A stretch of DNA of 56,018 nucleotides from Chthoniobacteraceae bacterium (lineage in GTDB: Bacteria; Verrucomicrobiota; Verrucomicrobiia; Chthoniobacterales; Chthoniobacteraceae): NCBI GenBank assembly GCA_040081625.1, contig JBEBGD010000027.1:1-56018 (forward strand), in the 5' to 3' direction. This document shows positions 38,937 through 49,020 of this stretch, piece after piece (position 1 is the first letter of the stretch; every line of letters starts with the position of its first letter). The position numbers and the translations under genes are program-made. The notes beneath the pieces were generated by a model. The model made no database searches, was not told the origin of the DNA, and was given only the letters and a program-made list of their open reading frames with translations.

Positions 38937-40847
38937 ATGAAAACGACAGCACTCATCCTCATCGCCGCCGCGATCGCGTTGCCATTTGCCATGCTGCACG
39001 CCGTGGACCGGCCCAATATCCTTTGGCTCACTGCCGAGGACATGAGTCCGAACCTCGGCTGCTACGGCGACCCGCAGGCTAGCACGCCGCGGCTCGATGC
39101 GTTCGCACGAGAGGCGGTGCGGTTCACACGCGCATTCTCCACCGCGTCGGTGTGCTCGCCGTCGCGGTCGTGTCTCATCACCGGAATGTTTGCGACGTCG
39201 CTCGGCACGCAGCGGCTACGCTCGGAGTTTCCGGTGCCTGCGGAGTTCGGGCCGTTCACCGCGGGGCTTCGCGAAGCGGGCTACTACTGCTCGAATAATG
39301 TGAAGACCGACTACAACCTGCGCGACGAGCCCGCATTCATCCGCTTGGCGTGGGATGAAAGTTCGCCCGAGGCCCACTGGCGCGGGCGGGGCGACGGGCA
39401 GCCGTTTTTCGCGGTGTTCAACTTCATGACCACGCACCAGTCGCGGACCAGCGTGTGGCCGCACGAGCAGTTTGAAAAGGAAGTCGGCTCGAAGCTCTCG
39501 CCCGGCAAACGTCACGACCCGGCGCGCATGTCGCCGCCCCCCTACTACCCCGACACCGCCGAGGCGCATCGCGCGTGGGCGCGCTACCACGATTGCATCA
39601 CGCGCATGGATCAGGAGGCCGGCGCCCTCCTCGACCAGCTCGCAGCCGACGGACTCGCGGAAGACACGATCGTCTTTTTCTACGCGGACCACGGCATGGG
39701 CATGCCGCGCGGCAAACGCTGCCTGCAGGACTCCGGCCTGCGCGTTCCGTTGCTGATTCGCTTCCCAAAAAAATGGGCGCACCTCGCGCCCGCGCAGCGC
39801 GGTGGCGTCAGCGACCGGCTCGTGAGCTTTGTGGATTTTGCACCGACGGTGCTGAGCCTGTGTGGCGAGAAAGCGCCCGCGCATTTCCAAGGCAGCGCTT
39901 TCCTCGGGCCGGACGCGGGCGCCCCGCGTGAGTTCGTTCACGGCGCGCGCGACCGCGTGGACGAGGCGTTCGACCTCAGCCGCAGCGTGCGCGACGCGCG
40001 CTGGCTCTACATCCGCAACTTCATGCCGCACCTCTCGTGGATGCAGCCGGAAGGCTACTCCGACGCCTCCAACTTCCGACAGGAACTCAAACGCCTCGCC
40101 GCCGCCGGCAGCCTCGTGCCGGCGCCCATGACCTACGCCGCGCCGCATCGTGCGATCGAGGAGCTTTACGACACGCAGGGTGATCCGCATCAACTCCACA
40201 ATCTCGCCACTGCTCCAGAGCATCGCGCTGTCCTCGAAAGAATGCGTGCCGAACTTCGCCGCTGGCAGCTCGCCACGCGCGACGCCGGTTTTCTCACCGA
40301 GTCGGAAATGTGGAGGCGCATCGGCAGCGACGGCACGCCATGGACCCTCGCGCACGACGACGCACGCTACCCGCTCGCGCGATTCCTCGACGCCGCCGAT
40401 GCCGTGGGCCGCGACGACACCGCGCCGCGCCAGCGCGAATGTCTGCGCGATGACGATGATGGCGTCCGCTACTGGGCCGCCGTTGGCCTGCGCGCCCGCC
40501 CGCAGTTCGCCGACGCCGACCGCGAATCTCTGCGCGCTGCATTGGAAGACACATCGCCCGTCGTCCGCATCGAGGCCGCCGGCGCGCTCGCCGCCCACGG
40601 TGAAGCGGAAGCCGCGTTGCCCGTGCTCACCGCTGCGTTACGTAACGATTCGCGCGACGTCGCCCTTCTCGCCGCCCGCGCACTCGAACTCCTCGGCCCC
40701 GCCGCGACGCCCGCGCATCCCGCGATGCAAGCGCGTCTTGCCGTCGCCCGCGAAGCCGAAGCGAAGTCCCCAAACGACCATCTCTCGATGTTCATCCGCT
40801 TTAGCCTCGAAGCCGCCTTACAACCCCGAACTCATTCCCCTCCATGA
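38937..40847 (+). CDS. Sulfatase with C-terminal HEAT repeats
   Basis: RPNILW, CSPSR, ADHG, EELYD; VRYWAA and VRIEAA HEAT units. Confidence 0.92.
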   Translation: MKTTALILIAAAIALPFAMLHAVDRPNILWLTAEDMSPNLGCYGDPQASTPRLDAFAREAVRFTRAFSTASVCSPSRSCLITGMFATSLGTQRLRSEFPVPAEFGPFTAGLREAGYYCSNNVKTDYNLRDEPAFIRLAWDESSPEAHWRGRGDGQPFFAVFNFMTTHQSRTSVWPHEQFEKEVGSKLSPGKRHDPARMSPPPYYPDTAEAHRAWARYHDCITRMDQEAGALLDQLAADGLAEDTIVFFYADHGMGMPRGKRCLQDSGLRVPLLIRFPKKWAHLAPAQRGGVSDRLVSFVDFAPTVLSLCGEKAPAHFQGSAFLGPDAGAPREFVHGARDRVDEAFDLSRSVRDARWLYIRNFMPHLSWMQPEGYSDASNFRQELKRLAAAGSLVPAPMTYAAPHRAIEELYDTQGDPHQLHNLATAPEHRAVLERMRAELRRWQLATRDAGFLTESEMWRRIGSDGTPWTLAHDDARYPLARFLDAADAVGRDDTAPRQRECLRDDDDGVRYWAAVGLRARPQFADADRESLRAALEDTSPVVRIEAAGALAAHGEAEAALPVLTAALRNDSRDVALLAARALELLGPAATPAHPAMQARLAVAREAEAKSPNDHLSMFIRFSLEAALQPRTHSPP

Positions 40848-40917
40848 AACTTCCCAACCTGTCTCTCCCGCTCGCCGCGCTGGCCTTGCTCTCCGCGCAT
40901 GTCACAACGAGCGCATT
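40844..40917 (+). pseudogene. Orphan signal peptide of a gene truncated at the island end
   Basis: ATGA overlap with the sulfatase stop; MKLPNLSLPLAALALLSAHVTTSAF then runs into the att-arm repeats and stops at 41014. Confidence 0.5.
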
Positions 40918-41010
40918 TGGGATCACGTGGGAATCGCGTCATTCGCCCGGAAACCTCTTATTCATCAGCATCGGATCGCATGAGAGCACATGGGATCAAG
41001 TGAGACCAAA
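40918..41010. repeat. 10-bp-phased direct repeats next to the att core (putative Int arm/RDF sites)
   Basis: TCGGATCGCA TGAGAGCACA TGGGATCAAG TGAGACCAAA (40971-41010); TGGGATCA also at 40918. Confidence 0.55.
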
Positions 41011-41021
41011 GTGACCGGATT

Positions 41022-41061
41022 TCGGTGTAAACGAGACGCTCTACCGCTGAGCTAACCGCCC
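41022..41061 (-). repeat. att core, right copy: displaced 5' half of tRNA-Val
   Basis: 40/40 identity to 13771-13810; no T arm or 3' acceptor strand follows. Confidence 0.95.
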
Positions 41062-41206
41062 GTTGCGCGCTGGGATTGCGCGCAGGCCAAATCGCCTTCG
41101 CTGCGCTGGAATGCAAGCGCTCCGTGCCGGATGTGATCGGGGCCCGACGCATTCGGCAATTTCGCTTTTGGGCTTTTCGCTTTCCGCGCCTACGCTCGCC
41201 GCCCAC

Positions 41207-42439
41207 ATGTCCGAACCCACTTCGCCCACGCCCGCACCGATGCCCGCCCCGGAGGAGTTTCAGGCCCGGATCACCGAGTTGATGAGCGCTCACTTCGGCG
41301 GCGCCATGGAGTTCTCCGAGGAGCCGATCGAGCGCCCCGATCCGCTCATTTTCGACAAGCTGCCGCGCGATATCAAAGCCTACCTCGACCGCTTTGTGAT
41401 CAAGCAGGACGAGGCGAAGAAGGTCCTCAGCATCGCGGTCTGCGATCACTACAACCACGTCCGCCACCTGCGCACCCTGCGCGCCGAGGACGCCGAACGC
41501 GCGAGCCGCCTCGAATACGTGAAGCAGAACGTGCTGCTCATCGGCCCGACCGGCGTCGGCAAGACGTATCTGGTCAAGCACATCGCCGAACTGCTCGGCG
41601 TGCCTTTCGTCAAGGCGGACGCGACCAAGTTCTCCGAGACCGGCTACGTCGGCGGCGATGTCGAAGATCTCGTGCGCGACCTCGTCCACAAGGCCGACGG
41701 AGACGTCGAACTCGCGCAATACGGCATCATCTACATCGACGAGATCGACAAGATCGCTGCGCCTGCGCAACTCAGCGGTCGCGATGTGAGCGGACGCGGT
41801 GTGCAGACCACGCTGCTCAAATTGATGGAGGACACCGACGTGCAGCGTCGCAGCCAGAACGACATCCAGGGCCAGCTCCAGGCCGCCATGGAGTTTCAGC
41901 GCACGGGTCGAGTCTCCGAGAGCGAGGTCATCAACACACGCAACATTCTCTTCGTCGTCAGCGGCGCGTTTGAAAAACTGCCCGCTGCCGTCGAGCCGCG
42001 CCTGCGCGAATCCCGCACCGCCAAGCCCGCCGTGTGGTCGCCCACCGAACTGCTCAAGCACGCGACGACCAAGGACTTCATCACCTTCGGCTACGAACCC
42101 GAGTTCATCGGCCGCCTGCCGGTGCGCGTCGTGTGCGAAGCGCTCGCGGCAAACGATCTCTTCGAGATCCTCAAGCACAGCGAGGGCTCGATCGTGCGGC
42201 AGTATCAGCGCGCCTTCGCTGCTTACGGCATCACGATCGACTTCACCGACGAAGCGCTGCGCGAGATCGCGAAGCTCGCGGAGGAGGAATACACCGGCGC
42301 CCGCGGCCTCTTCACCGTGTGCGAGCGCGTGCTGCGCGATTTCAAATACGAGATGCCCGGCCGTGGCATCGAGCGGCTCACCGTCGATGCCGCGCTCGTG
42401 AAGTCACCCGAAGCCGCGCTCGCCAGGGTGCTCGGTTAG
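41207..42439 (+). CDS. clpX: ClpX-like AAA+ ATPase lacking the zinc-binding domain
   Basis: GPTGVGKT, ADATKFSETGYVGGDVE, IYIDEIDK, RDVSGRGVQ, PEFIGRLPV, TGARGL. Confidence 0.85.
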   Translation: MSEPTSPTPAPMPAPEEFQARITELMSAHFGGAMEFSEEPIERPDPLIFDKLPRDIKAYLDRFVIKQDEAKKVLSIAVCDHYNHVRHLRTLRAEDAERASRLEYVKQNVLLIGPTGVGKTYLVKHIAELLGVPFVKADATKFSETGYVGGDVEDLVRDLVHKADGDVELAQYGIIYIDEIDKIAAPAQLSGRDVSGRGVQTTLLKLMEDTDVQRRSQNDIQGQLQAAMEFQRTGRVSESEVINTRNILFVVSGAFEKLPAAVEPRLRESRTAKPAVWSPTELLKHATTKDFITFGYEPEFIGRLPVRVVCEALAANDLFEILKHSEGSIVRQYQRAFAAYGITIDFTDEALREIAKLAEEEYTGARGLFTVCERVLRDFKYEMPGRGIERLTVDAALVKSPEAALARVLG

Positions 42440-42912
42440 CCCGCCTCCGCGCGCAGCACGCCGTCGCTGAGAATCTTCGCGCGCAGCCCGCCGCGGCCCG
42501 TCAGCGCCGCCTCGGCGCCTTCCCCGAAGGCCTGATCCATCCAGTAGCACGGCGTGCATTCGCCGGTGCCGAGGAAGCGCACGCCTTGCGACTCGAACTC
42601 GCGGTCGATCAGTTCGTTCAAGTCCACGCCGCGCGTGATGATATTGCGGCGAAAGACCGACGGCGGCTTGTCCCACGCATCGAGCCGCGCACACAAATCC
42701 TCATACACCTCGTCCGCGAAAAACGTGACCTGGCCTTTGTAGTCCGCCTTGAAGTCGAAGAACCGGTCGCCCTCGATGCCGCGCCCGGCGACCACGCACA
42801 CCTCCGCGCGCTCGATCATCGGATGCTCGCCCGGTGGCTGCTCGTGATGACCGAAGTAATTGTGGCCCGGCGAGAGGTAGAGATGCTTGATGCGGAACGT
42901 GACGGAAATCAT
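42436..42912 (-). CDS. MOSC domain protein
   Basis: GIEGDRF, FRRNI, CTPCYWM, GRGGLRAKI. Confidence 0.85.
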   Translation of the reverse strand: MISVTFRIKHLYLSPGHNYFGHHEQPPGEHPMIERAEVCVVAGRGIEGDRFFDFKADYKGQVTFFADEVYEDLCARLDAWDKPPSVFRRNIITRGVDLNELIDREFESQGVRFLGTGECTPCYWMDQAFGEGAEAALTGRGGLRAKILSDGVLRAEAG

Positions 42913-42962
42913 TGCGAGAGCCGGTTGCGAATCCGGTCCGGTGCGTCGTTAGTCGCCCTCCG

Positions 42963-43553
42963 ATGAATCTCTCGCAACCCTTCTCCGCGGTGCTCATGGC
43001 CGGCGGCCGATCCGAGCGCATGGGCGCCGACAAAGCCGCGCTCGTGCTCGACGGCAAGCCGCTCTGGAAACGCCAGCTCGCAAAGCTGCGCGCAACCGGT
43101 GCGGAGGAAGTCTTCATTTCCGGCCACAAAGACGGCCCGTTTTCCGGCGCCGGCGTCCCGATCGTCGAAGACCTCACGCCTGGTGCCGGCCCGCTCGCCG
43201 GATTGCAGGCTGCGCTCACGCACGCACGCAATCAATGGTTGCTCGTGCTCGCGGTCGATCTGCCCGATGTGCCCGCAGATTTCCTGAGCAGCCTCGTCGG
43301 CGAGTCGATGGACACATACGTGGGCCTCGTGCCCGCGCATCGGGAGTGGCTTCAGCCGCTGGCTGCGGTCTATTCGCGCGACTGCCTGCCGCTGGTCGGG
43401 GAATGTCTCGCCGACGAGAACCTTTCGCTGCGTCGGTTCTTCCGGCTTGCGAGTCAGCAGGGCTTTGCAGGGACGCGGCAAATCTCCGCCGCCGAGCTGG
43501 AGCTGTTTCGCAATCTCAACTCGCCCGCCGACCTCGAGCAGCCGCCAGCCTGA
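42963..43553 (+). CDS. mobA: Molybdenum cofactor guanylyltransferase
   Basis: [40 protein letters not shown]. Confidence 0.92.
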   Translation: MNLSQPFSAVLMAGGRSERMGADKAALVLDGKPLWKRQLAKLRATGAEEVFISGHKDGPFSGAGVPIVEDLTPGAGPLAGLQAALTHARNQWLLVLAVDLPDVPADFLSSLVGESMDTYVGLVPAHREWLQPLAAVYSRDCLPLVGECLADENLSLRRFFRLASQQGFAGTRQISAAELELFRNLNSPADLEQPPA

Positions 43554-45813
43554 CCGCGCACGCCTTGTAGCTCGGCTGCCGTGAGTGCGGATCGAACGCC
43601 GCGTGGGTGAGTTCATTCACCGCCGAATAGTGCATCGGGATGAAGACCTGCCCCGGTTGCACTGTCGGCGTGACAAAGGCTGTCGCCTCAATTTCCGCGC
43701 GACGCGACGTGATGCGGACCCCCGTGCCGGGTTCGATCCCCAGCCGCTGCGCGTCGAGCGGATTGATCTCCACGTAGATGCCTGCGGGCGCGAGGTTGCG
43801 CAGCACGTCGGACTTGTTCGTCCGCGATCCTGTGTGCCACTGCGCTGACGTGCCGCGCCCCGTGAGCAGCGTGAGCGGATACTCCGCGTCCGCCAGCTCC
43901 GGTGCAGCGCGAGGCGGATCGAAGATGAACTTCGCCCGCTCATCTGCGGTGAAGAAGCGCCCGTCCTCGAACAAGCGCCGCTCTCGGAGCGCTGGCGTCC
44001 CGCCGGCCACGACCCCGCGCGCCGCAGGCGCCAAAATAGGCGGCTCCGCCGCGCCCGGATGGTGGCCGGCGAGGACGCCAGCGCTCCACGGCCACTGAAT
44101 CCCCCCGGCGTCATCGATCATCCGGTAATCCTCGATCCCGGTGACGTCGCACGGCTGCCCGGCTGAGCACTCCTTGAGAATCTGAAACACCGCCTCCGCC
44201 GACGACCACCGCGAGAACATCGAACCGCAGCCCCAGTAGTGCGCGATGAGCTGGAAGATATGCAGGTCGGCGAGCGCCTGCCCCGGCGCGCGCTGCACCT
44301 TCTTCACGAGCCCAAAGCGCCGCTCGGAATTGATGAACGTGCCTTCCTTCTCGCCCCAGCCCGCCGCCGGCAGCACGAGATCCGCGCGCTGCGCAGTCTC
44401 GGTCGTCGCGTAGAGATCCTGCACGACGAGGAAGTCGAGTTTGCCGAGCAGTTCGTTGAACTCGTGCTGGTGAATCCACGAGTGCGACGAGTTCGTGGCG
44501 ATCACCCACAGACCCTTGATCCGGCCCTCGCGGATTCCGTCCACGATTTGATCGTAAGCGAGCGACGGCTGTCGCGGGATCGTGTCCTCGCCGATGCCGA
44601 GGATGCCCTCGATCTTTGCGCGGTGCGCGTCGTTGTTCGCATCGTGTCCGCCGATGAGACTCGTGATGTTCGCGAAGATCCGCGATCCCATCGCATTGCA
44701 CTGGCCGGTGATCGAGTTCGCGCCGGTGCCGGGCCGGCCGATGTTTCCCGTCATCAGCGCAAGGTTGATGATCGCCTGCGCGGTGCGCGTGCTCTCGTGG
44801 CCCTGGTTCACACCCATCGTCCACCAGAATGACACGCGCTTTCCGTCCGCGATCGTCTGCGCGAAGTGCCACAGCTCGTCGGCGCTCAGCCCGGTCTCCG
44901 CGCACACGCGATCCGTCGTGAACTCCGCGATGAACTCCGCAAACTCGTCGAAGCCCGTCGTGTGCGCATCGATGAATGAGCGATCGATCCAACCGCTCGA
45001 CGCGAGGATGTTCGCCAGCCCGTAGAGCAGCACGAGGTCGCTCTTCGGCTTGATTGCGTAGTGTTGCGTCGCGGCCATCGCCGTCTCGGTCTTGCGCGGA
45101 TCGACGACGATGATCTCCGGCGAGTGCCGGTTGCGCATCACGCGTTGCCACATGATCGGGTGCGCGATGCACGGGTTCGAGCCGATGAAAACGAGCACAT
45201 CGCTCTCCTCGAAATCCGCATACGTGAAGGGCGGCGCATCGAAACCGAACGACTGTTTGTAAGCGACCGCGGAGGTCGCCATGCACTGCCGCGTGTTCGA
45301 ATCACAGTGGACGAAGCCCATTCCGAACTTCCACAGCGCGCCGAGTAGCGCCATCTCCTCGGTCACGATCTGACCGGTCGATAGGAATGCGCACGACTCC
45401 GCGCCGTGCTTCGCCTTGATCTCCTTGAACCGCTCGCAAAACAGCACCAGCGCGCGTTCCCAGTCGATCGGCTCTAGCTTGCCGGTCGCTTCGTTTCGGA
45501 GCAGGGGAGTCGTCGCGCGATCCGGAGCGGCGAGCGGCGTGAGCGCCTCCCAGCCTTTCGGGCACGCCATGCCGAGGTTCACCGGATACTCGCTGTCCGC
45601 GCTCAGGTTGACCGCCTTGCCGTCCTTCATGTGGACGGTCAGCCCGCAACCCGTGGAGCAAAAGCCGCAGACCATCGTCGTGGTCGCGTCTGGTTCGAGC
45701 CGGCCCGGCACCTGCCCGAGTCCGAAGCGGCCCGGTGTCCGCACCAGCTCCGCCGTGAGCGGCCCCGTCCACTCGCGCAGCAGCGCGCCGATCGGATCGC
45801 TCAGCGGCGTCAT
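43516..45813 (-). CDS. Assimilatory-type nitrate reductase catalytic subunit (NasA/NarB family)
   Basis: CGFCSTGC...CPKG (4Fe-4S), [42 protein letters not shown]. Confidence 0.9.
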   Translation of the reverse strand: MTPLSDPIGALLREWTGPLTAELVRTPGRFGLGQVPGRLEPDATTTMVCGFCSTGCGLTVHMKDGKAVNLSADSEYPVNLGMACPKGWEALTPLAAPDRATTPLLRNEATGKLEPIDWERALVLFCERFKEIKAKHGAESCAFLSTGQIVTEEMALLGALWKFGMGFVHCDSNTRQCMATSAVAYKQSFGFDAPPFTYADFEESDVLVFIGSNPCIAHPIMWQRVMRNRHSPEIIVVDPRKTETAMAATQHYAIKPKSDLVLLYGLANILASSGWIDRSFIDAHTTGFDEFAEFIAEFTTDRVCAETGLSADELWHFAQTIADGKRVSFWWTMGVNQGHESTRTAQAIINLALMTGNIGRPGTGANSITGQCNAMGSRIFANITSLIGGHDANNDAHRAKIEGILGIGEDTIPRQPSLAYDQIVDGIREGRIKGLWVIATNSSHSWIHQHEFNELLGKLDFLVVQDLYATTETAQRADLVLPAAGWGEKEGTFINSERRFGLVKKVQRAPGQALADLHIFQLIAHYWGCGSMFSRWSSAEAVFQILKECSAGQPCDVTGIEDYRMIDDAGGIQWPWSAGVLAGHHPGAAEPPILAPAARGVVAGGTPALRERRLFEDGRFFTADERAKFIFDPPRAAPELADAEYPLTLLTGRGTSAQWHTGSRTNKSDVLRNLAPAGIYVEINPLDAQRLGIEPGTGVRITSRRAEIEATAFVTPTVQPGQVFIPMHYSAVNELTHAAFDPHSRQPSYKACAVRLAAARGRRAS
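43986..44087. repeat. REP-like inverted repeat element inside the nitrate reductase CDS
   Basis: GGAGCGCTGGCGTCCCGCCGGCCAC ... GTGGCCGGCG(A)GGACGCCAGCGCTCC: 25-bp stem with one bulge, 102 bp in total. Confidence 0.8.
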
Positions 45814-47078
45814 GCGTGGACGCCTCCCGGCATCCGCAGCGCGGTGGCGCGGGTGAAGAACGCGTGGCGCTCGAGCATGACAAGCCCGAGCACGAGCACG
45901 ATCGCGATCGGGCCAAGTGCGCTCGCCACTCCCAGCAGCAGCGTCGCGCCGAAGAAACGCGCGAACGTGACCGCCGCTCGCCACGCGGGGCGCCGCGTGT
46001 CGATGTAGATCATCGCCGAGGTGAAGACGGCGCCGAGCCCGCAGAGCGCGGCGATCCCCGTGAGCGCTGGAACGAGCAGCGCGCCGGTCGCGAGCGCGGA
46101 GAAGATTCCGAACGCCAGAATCTCGCGGCTCATCCACGATGTGCGCAGGCCGAGAAAAAACCGCCACGCGCCGAGCGGTCGCCCGAGATGAAAGACCGAA
46201 GCAACGAGCCCCGCGTGTAGCGCGACCCAGCCGGAGAACCGCAGACTTGGCTGAAACAGCGCCGCAACGAACGCGCCAACGGCGAGTTGCGTGAGCACGA
46301 GCATCACGATCAACGGCCAGTGCGCGGGTTCGCGCCGCATCGCGTGCGCGTCGGCTGCGCCGGCGTCGCTCGGAATCGGACGGGTCGAGTGGTAGCGCGA
46401 CGTGGGCTTCGTGTAGCTCGAATCGAAAGCGCCCGGCAGCATTTCCGAGCCGGGCTTCGCAGCGCGCGAGACTTCCGCCTTGTCCGCGAGCTCGATGCGG
46501 ATTGCGGAAGTCGGGCACGCCTGCACGCACGCCGGCGCTTCGCCGACGGCGAGCCGGTCGATGCACATGTCGCACTTGCGCACGATGCCGAGCCGCTTGG
46601 AATACTTCGGCACGTCGTAGGGGCACTTGAGCACGCAGTATTGGCAGCCGATGCACTGGTCATCGAGATGCCGCACGATGCCGGTGTCCGCGTCCTTTTC
46701 GTAAGCCATGACCGGGCAGCCCTCGAGGCACGCAGGCTCGACGCAGTGATGGCACGCGGTCGTGACGGTCTGCTGATACGGCGCGTCGCTCGTGCCGCCG
46801 TGGAGCAGCCCGACGTTGCGCCACATTTCGTCATCATCGAGGCCATTGAGCGAGTGGCAAGCGGCGACACACGCCTTGCAGCCGGTGCACGCGTCGAGAT
46901 CGACGGCGAAGGCGTATTGCTGCCCCGGTGCTGGCCGCGACTGCGGGATCAGGTCGCGATAGTAGCGCGCCTGCGCGGGGAGCGCGCCGCGCTCGTGCCG
47001 CTGCGCGAACCGCTCGACTGCGGTGAGTCGCTGCTGCTCGGCGAGCAAGTCGTCGATGAGCGTGCGCTCACTCGTCAT
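45810..47078 (-). CDS. DmsB-like 4Fe-4S domain fused to a DmsC/YnfH-like membrane anchor
   Basis: [53 protein letters not shown] and TM helices. Confidence 0.88.
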   Translation of the reverse strand: MTSERTLIDDLLAEQQRLTAVERFAQRHERGALPAQARYYRDLIPQSRPAPGQQYAFAVDLDACTGCKACVAACHSLNGLDDDEMWRNVGLLHGGTSDAPYQQTVTTACHHCVEPACLEGCPVMAYEKDADTGIVRHLDDQCIGCQYCVLKCPYDVPKYSKRLGIVRKCDMCIDRLAVGEAPACVQACPTSAIRIELADKAEVSRAAKPGSEMLPGAFDSSYTKPTSRYHSTRPIPSDAGAADAHAMRREPAHWPLIVMLVLTQLAVGAFVAALFQPSLRFSGWVALHAGLVASVFHLGRPLGAWRFFLGLRTSWMSREILAFGIFSALATGALLVPALTGIAALCGLGAVFTSAMIYIDTRRPAWRAAVTFARFFGATLLLGVASALGPIAIVLVLGLVMLERHAFFTRATALRMPGGVHA

Positions 47079-48792
47079 TGCTGAAGATCGCCTGGAGGGC
47101 GTTCAAGTCGTGCCGCGTGGTGAACCCCTGAAAACTCTCGCCCACTTCGCGGTGGCGCAGGTAGCCGCGCAGGATTTTCTCGAGCAGCGGCGCGAGTTCG
47201 TCGTGAGGGATCGCGGTGAAGACCTTCCGGCCCACGGCCTGGTTCTTTCCGAATCCGCCGCCGACGAAGACGTGGTAGCCGTCGAGCGTTTCGCCCGCGC
47301 GCTTCACCTTCGTGCCGAGCAGACCGATGTCGCCCATGTAGTGCTGCGCGCACGAGTGCGGGCAGCCGGTGAGGTGGATGTTCACGGGCTGATCGAGCTT
47401 CACACGCTTGTCGAGGTAGTCGGCGAGCGCGAGCGCGTGGCCCTTCGTGTCCGCCTGCGCGAACTTGCAGTAGCTGTTGCCAGTGCAGGCGATGATGCCG
47501 CTGCGCAGGTTCGATTGCTGCGTATCGAAGCCGAGTTTGCGCAGCGCCTTGGTGACCGTCGCGACGTAGGCGTCCGGCACATTCGGGATGATGAAATTCT
47601 GCCACACCGTCAGCCGCACCTCACCGGAGCCGTAGAGGTCCGCGATCTCCGCGACGCGCTGCATCTGCTTCGGAGTGATCTGCCCGACCGGCACCGCGAC
47701 GCCGACGTAGTTCAAGCCGCGCTGCGCCTGCTGGTAGATGCCGACGTGCGAGTGCGCGATGTCCTGCGCGAGATAGATCATCTGCGCCGGGTCGAACGCC
47801 TCGCGCTGAAGTTCGTAGCCGAGCAGCTTCTCCGTCTCGGCGAGGTATTGCTCGAGCGTCCACTTCTCGAGCAGGTGCTTGAGGCGCGCTTTCTTTCGGT
47901 CGGTGCGGTTGCCGTTCGCGACGAAGACACGCACGAGCGCGACGATCACCTTGTTCAACTCCGCAGGCTTCACGAGCACGCCGAGGTCGCGCGCGAACGC
48001 CTTGTGCCCCGTCGCGCCGCCGAGCGCGATGCGGAAGAACACATCCTCGCCGACCTTCACTGCTTTTACGCCGATGTCGTTCGTGTCCTCGACCGAGCCG
48101 ATCAGCCCGCCGCCGTCGTAGGCGATGTTGAACTTGCGCGGAAGGTCGTAAAACGCGCGGTCGTTGATGATGATGTGCGCGAGTTCATCGACGAAGGGCC
48201 GCACGTCGATCAGCTCGCGCGGATCGACGCCGGCGGTCGGGTTGATCGTGAGGTTGCGGATGTTGTCCGCGCCCGCGCCGCGTGTGTGCAGGCCGACGGA
48301 CTGGATGCGCCGCAGCACCTCCGGCGCGTCCTTCGGCTGGATGAGCCGGATTTGGAAATTTGCGCGCGTGGTGATCTGCACGTAGCCGCTCGTGAGCTCC
48401 TTTGCGACGTTCGCGAGTTCGCGGAGCTGATACGTCTTCATGATCCCGCCCGGGATGCGCAGCCGCGCCATGAATGCCTCCTTGTTTGGCGTGAGGTAAA
48501 ACAGGCCATTCCACTTGAAGCGGAAGATCTCCTCCTTGTCCGGCACCTTGTTCGCGGCGGCGTTGTCGAGGAGCTGCTGATACGCGTCGAGCGGATGCAG
48601 TTCGCGCTTCACGCGCTCCTCGAAGATGAGGTCGTCGAGCGAGACCTTGTTCTCCGCCTGCGGCGCCGGCTCGACATCGCCGAAGCGCGTCCCGCGTGCC
48701 GACACGCCCGCGAAGAACCCATTGAGGTAGTTCGACTGTTCGGACGTCAACGGCTCACCGTTGATCTGCTCGAAAGGAAGAGTGGTCGTCAT
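47068..48792 (-). CDS. nirA: Ferredoxin-nitrite reductase (NirA family)
   Basis: RLRIPGG, ITTRANFQ, LPRKFN, ACTGNSYC, TGCPHSC siroheme/FeS ligands. Confidence 0.9.
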   Translation of the reverse strand: MTTTLPFEQINGEPLTSEQSNYLNGFFAGVSARGTRFGDVEPAPQAENKVSLDDLIFEERVKRELHPLDAYQQLLDNAAANKVPDKEEIFRFKWNGLFYLTPNKEAFMARLRIPGGIMKTYQLRELANVAKELTSGYVQITTRANFQIRLIQPKDAPEVLRRIQSVGLHTRGAGADNIRNLTINPTAGVDPRELIDVRPFVDELAHIIINDRAFYDLPRKFNIAYDGGGLIGSVEDTNDIGVKAVKVGEDVFFRIALGGATGHKAFARDLGVLVKPAELNKVIVALVRVFVANGNRTDRKKARLKHLLEKWTLEQYLAETEKLLGYELQREAFDPAQMIYLAQDIAHSHVGIYQQAQRGLNYVGVAVPVGQITPKQMQRVAEIADLYGSGEVRLTVWQNFIIPNVPDAYVATVTKALRKLGFDTQQSNLRSGIIACTGNSYCKFAQADTKGHALALADYLDKRVKLDQPVNIHLTGCPHSCAQHYMGDIGLLGTKVKRAGETLDGYHVFVGGGFGKNQAVGRKVFTAIPHDELAPLLEKILRGYLRHREVGESFQGFTTRHDLNALQAIFSNDE

Positions 48793-48806
48793 GTGGCCGC
48801 GCGTTT

Positions 48807-48823
48807 AGCAGCCGAGGTGCCAA
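48807..48823 (-). promoter_or_regulatory. Sigma54 (-24/-12) promoter of the nirA operon
   Basis: TTGGCAC-CTCGG-CTGCT, with GG-N10-GC spacing, just upstream of the nirA ATG. Confidence 0.7.
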
Positions 48824-49020
48824 CGACGTTATCGGAGGCGTTCATTCCATTCACAGGAACGATGAGACCTACTCATAGCACCTCCAAACCTTGTGCCCGG
48901 CTCGACTTGCGTTGTGTGCAGGTGCTGAATCGCCGCGGGATAAAGGCCGCATTCTCCGGGTGCCGGGGCGAACCGGGTCGAGGAAAATGCCGACACCGTG
49001 GCCAAAGAGCGACAGCGGGT

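Larger units (their letters stand above)
13771..41061. mobile_element. Decayed genomic island integrated in tRNA-Val(TAC), ~27.3 kb
   Basis: Exact 40-bp direct repeat at both ends, integrase remnant beside the left end, several truncated genes, housekeeping genes outside both ends. Confidence 0.88.

Noticed and set aside
13771..41061. Prophage or ICE interpretation of the island
   Set aside because: No structural, replication, relaxase or T4SS genes recognised.
41022..41061. Second tRNA gene
   Set aside because: Only nt 1-40; no T arm or 3' acceptor strand.
41062..41118. Native tRNA promoter (TTGCAT on minus strand) with a short hairpin
   Set aside because: No convincing -10 at the expected spacing, so not called as a feature.
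45814..46656. 280-aa N-terminal extension of the nitrate reductase (1046-aa ORF)
   Set aside because: Overlaps the membrane-anchor gene in another frame; ATG 45813 overlaps that gene's stop and is the likely start.
48877..48899. NtrC-type enhancer or second sigma54 site
   Set aside because: GCAC/GTGC spacing and the -12 element do not fit the consensus.
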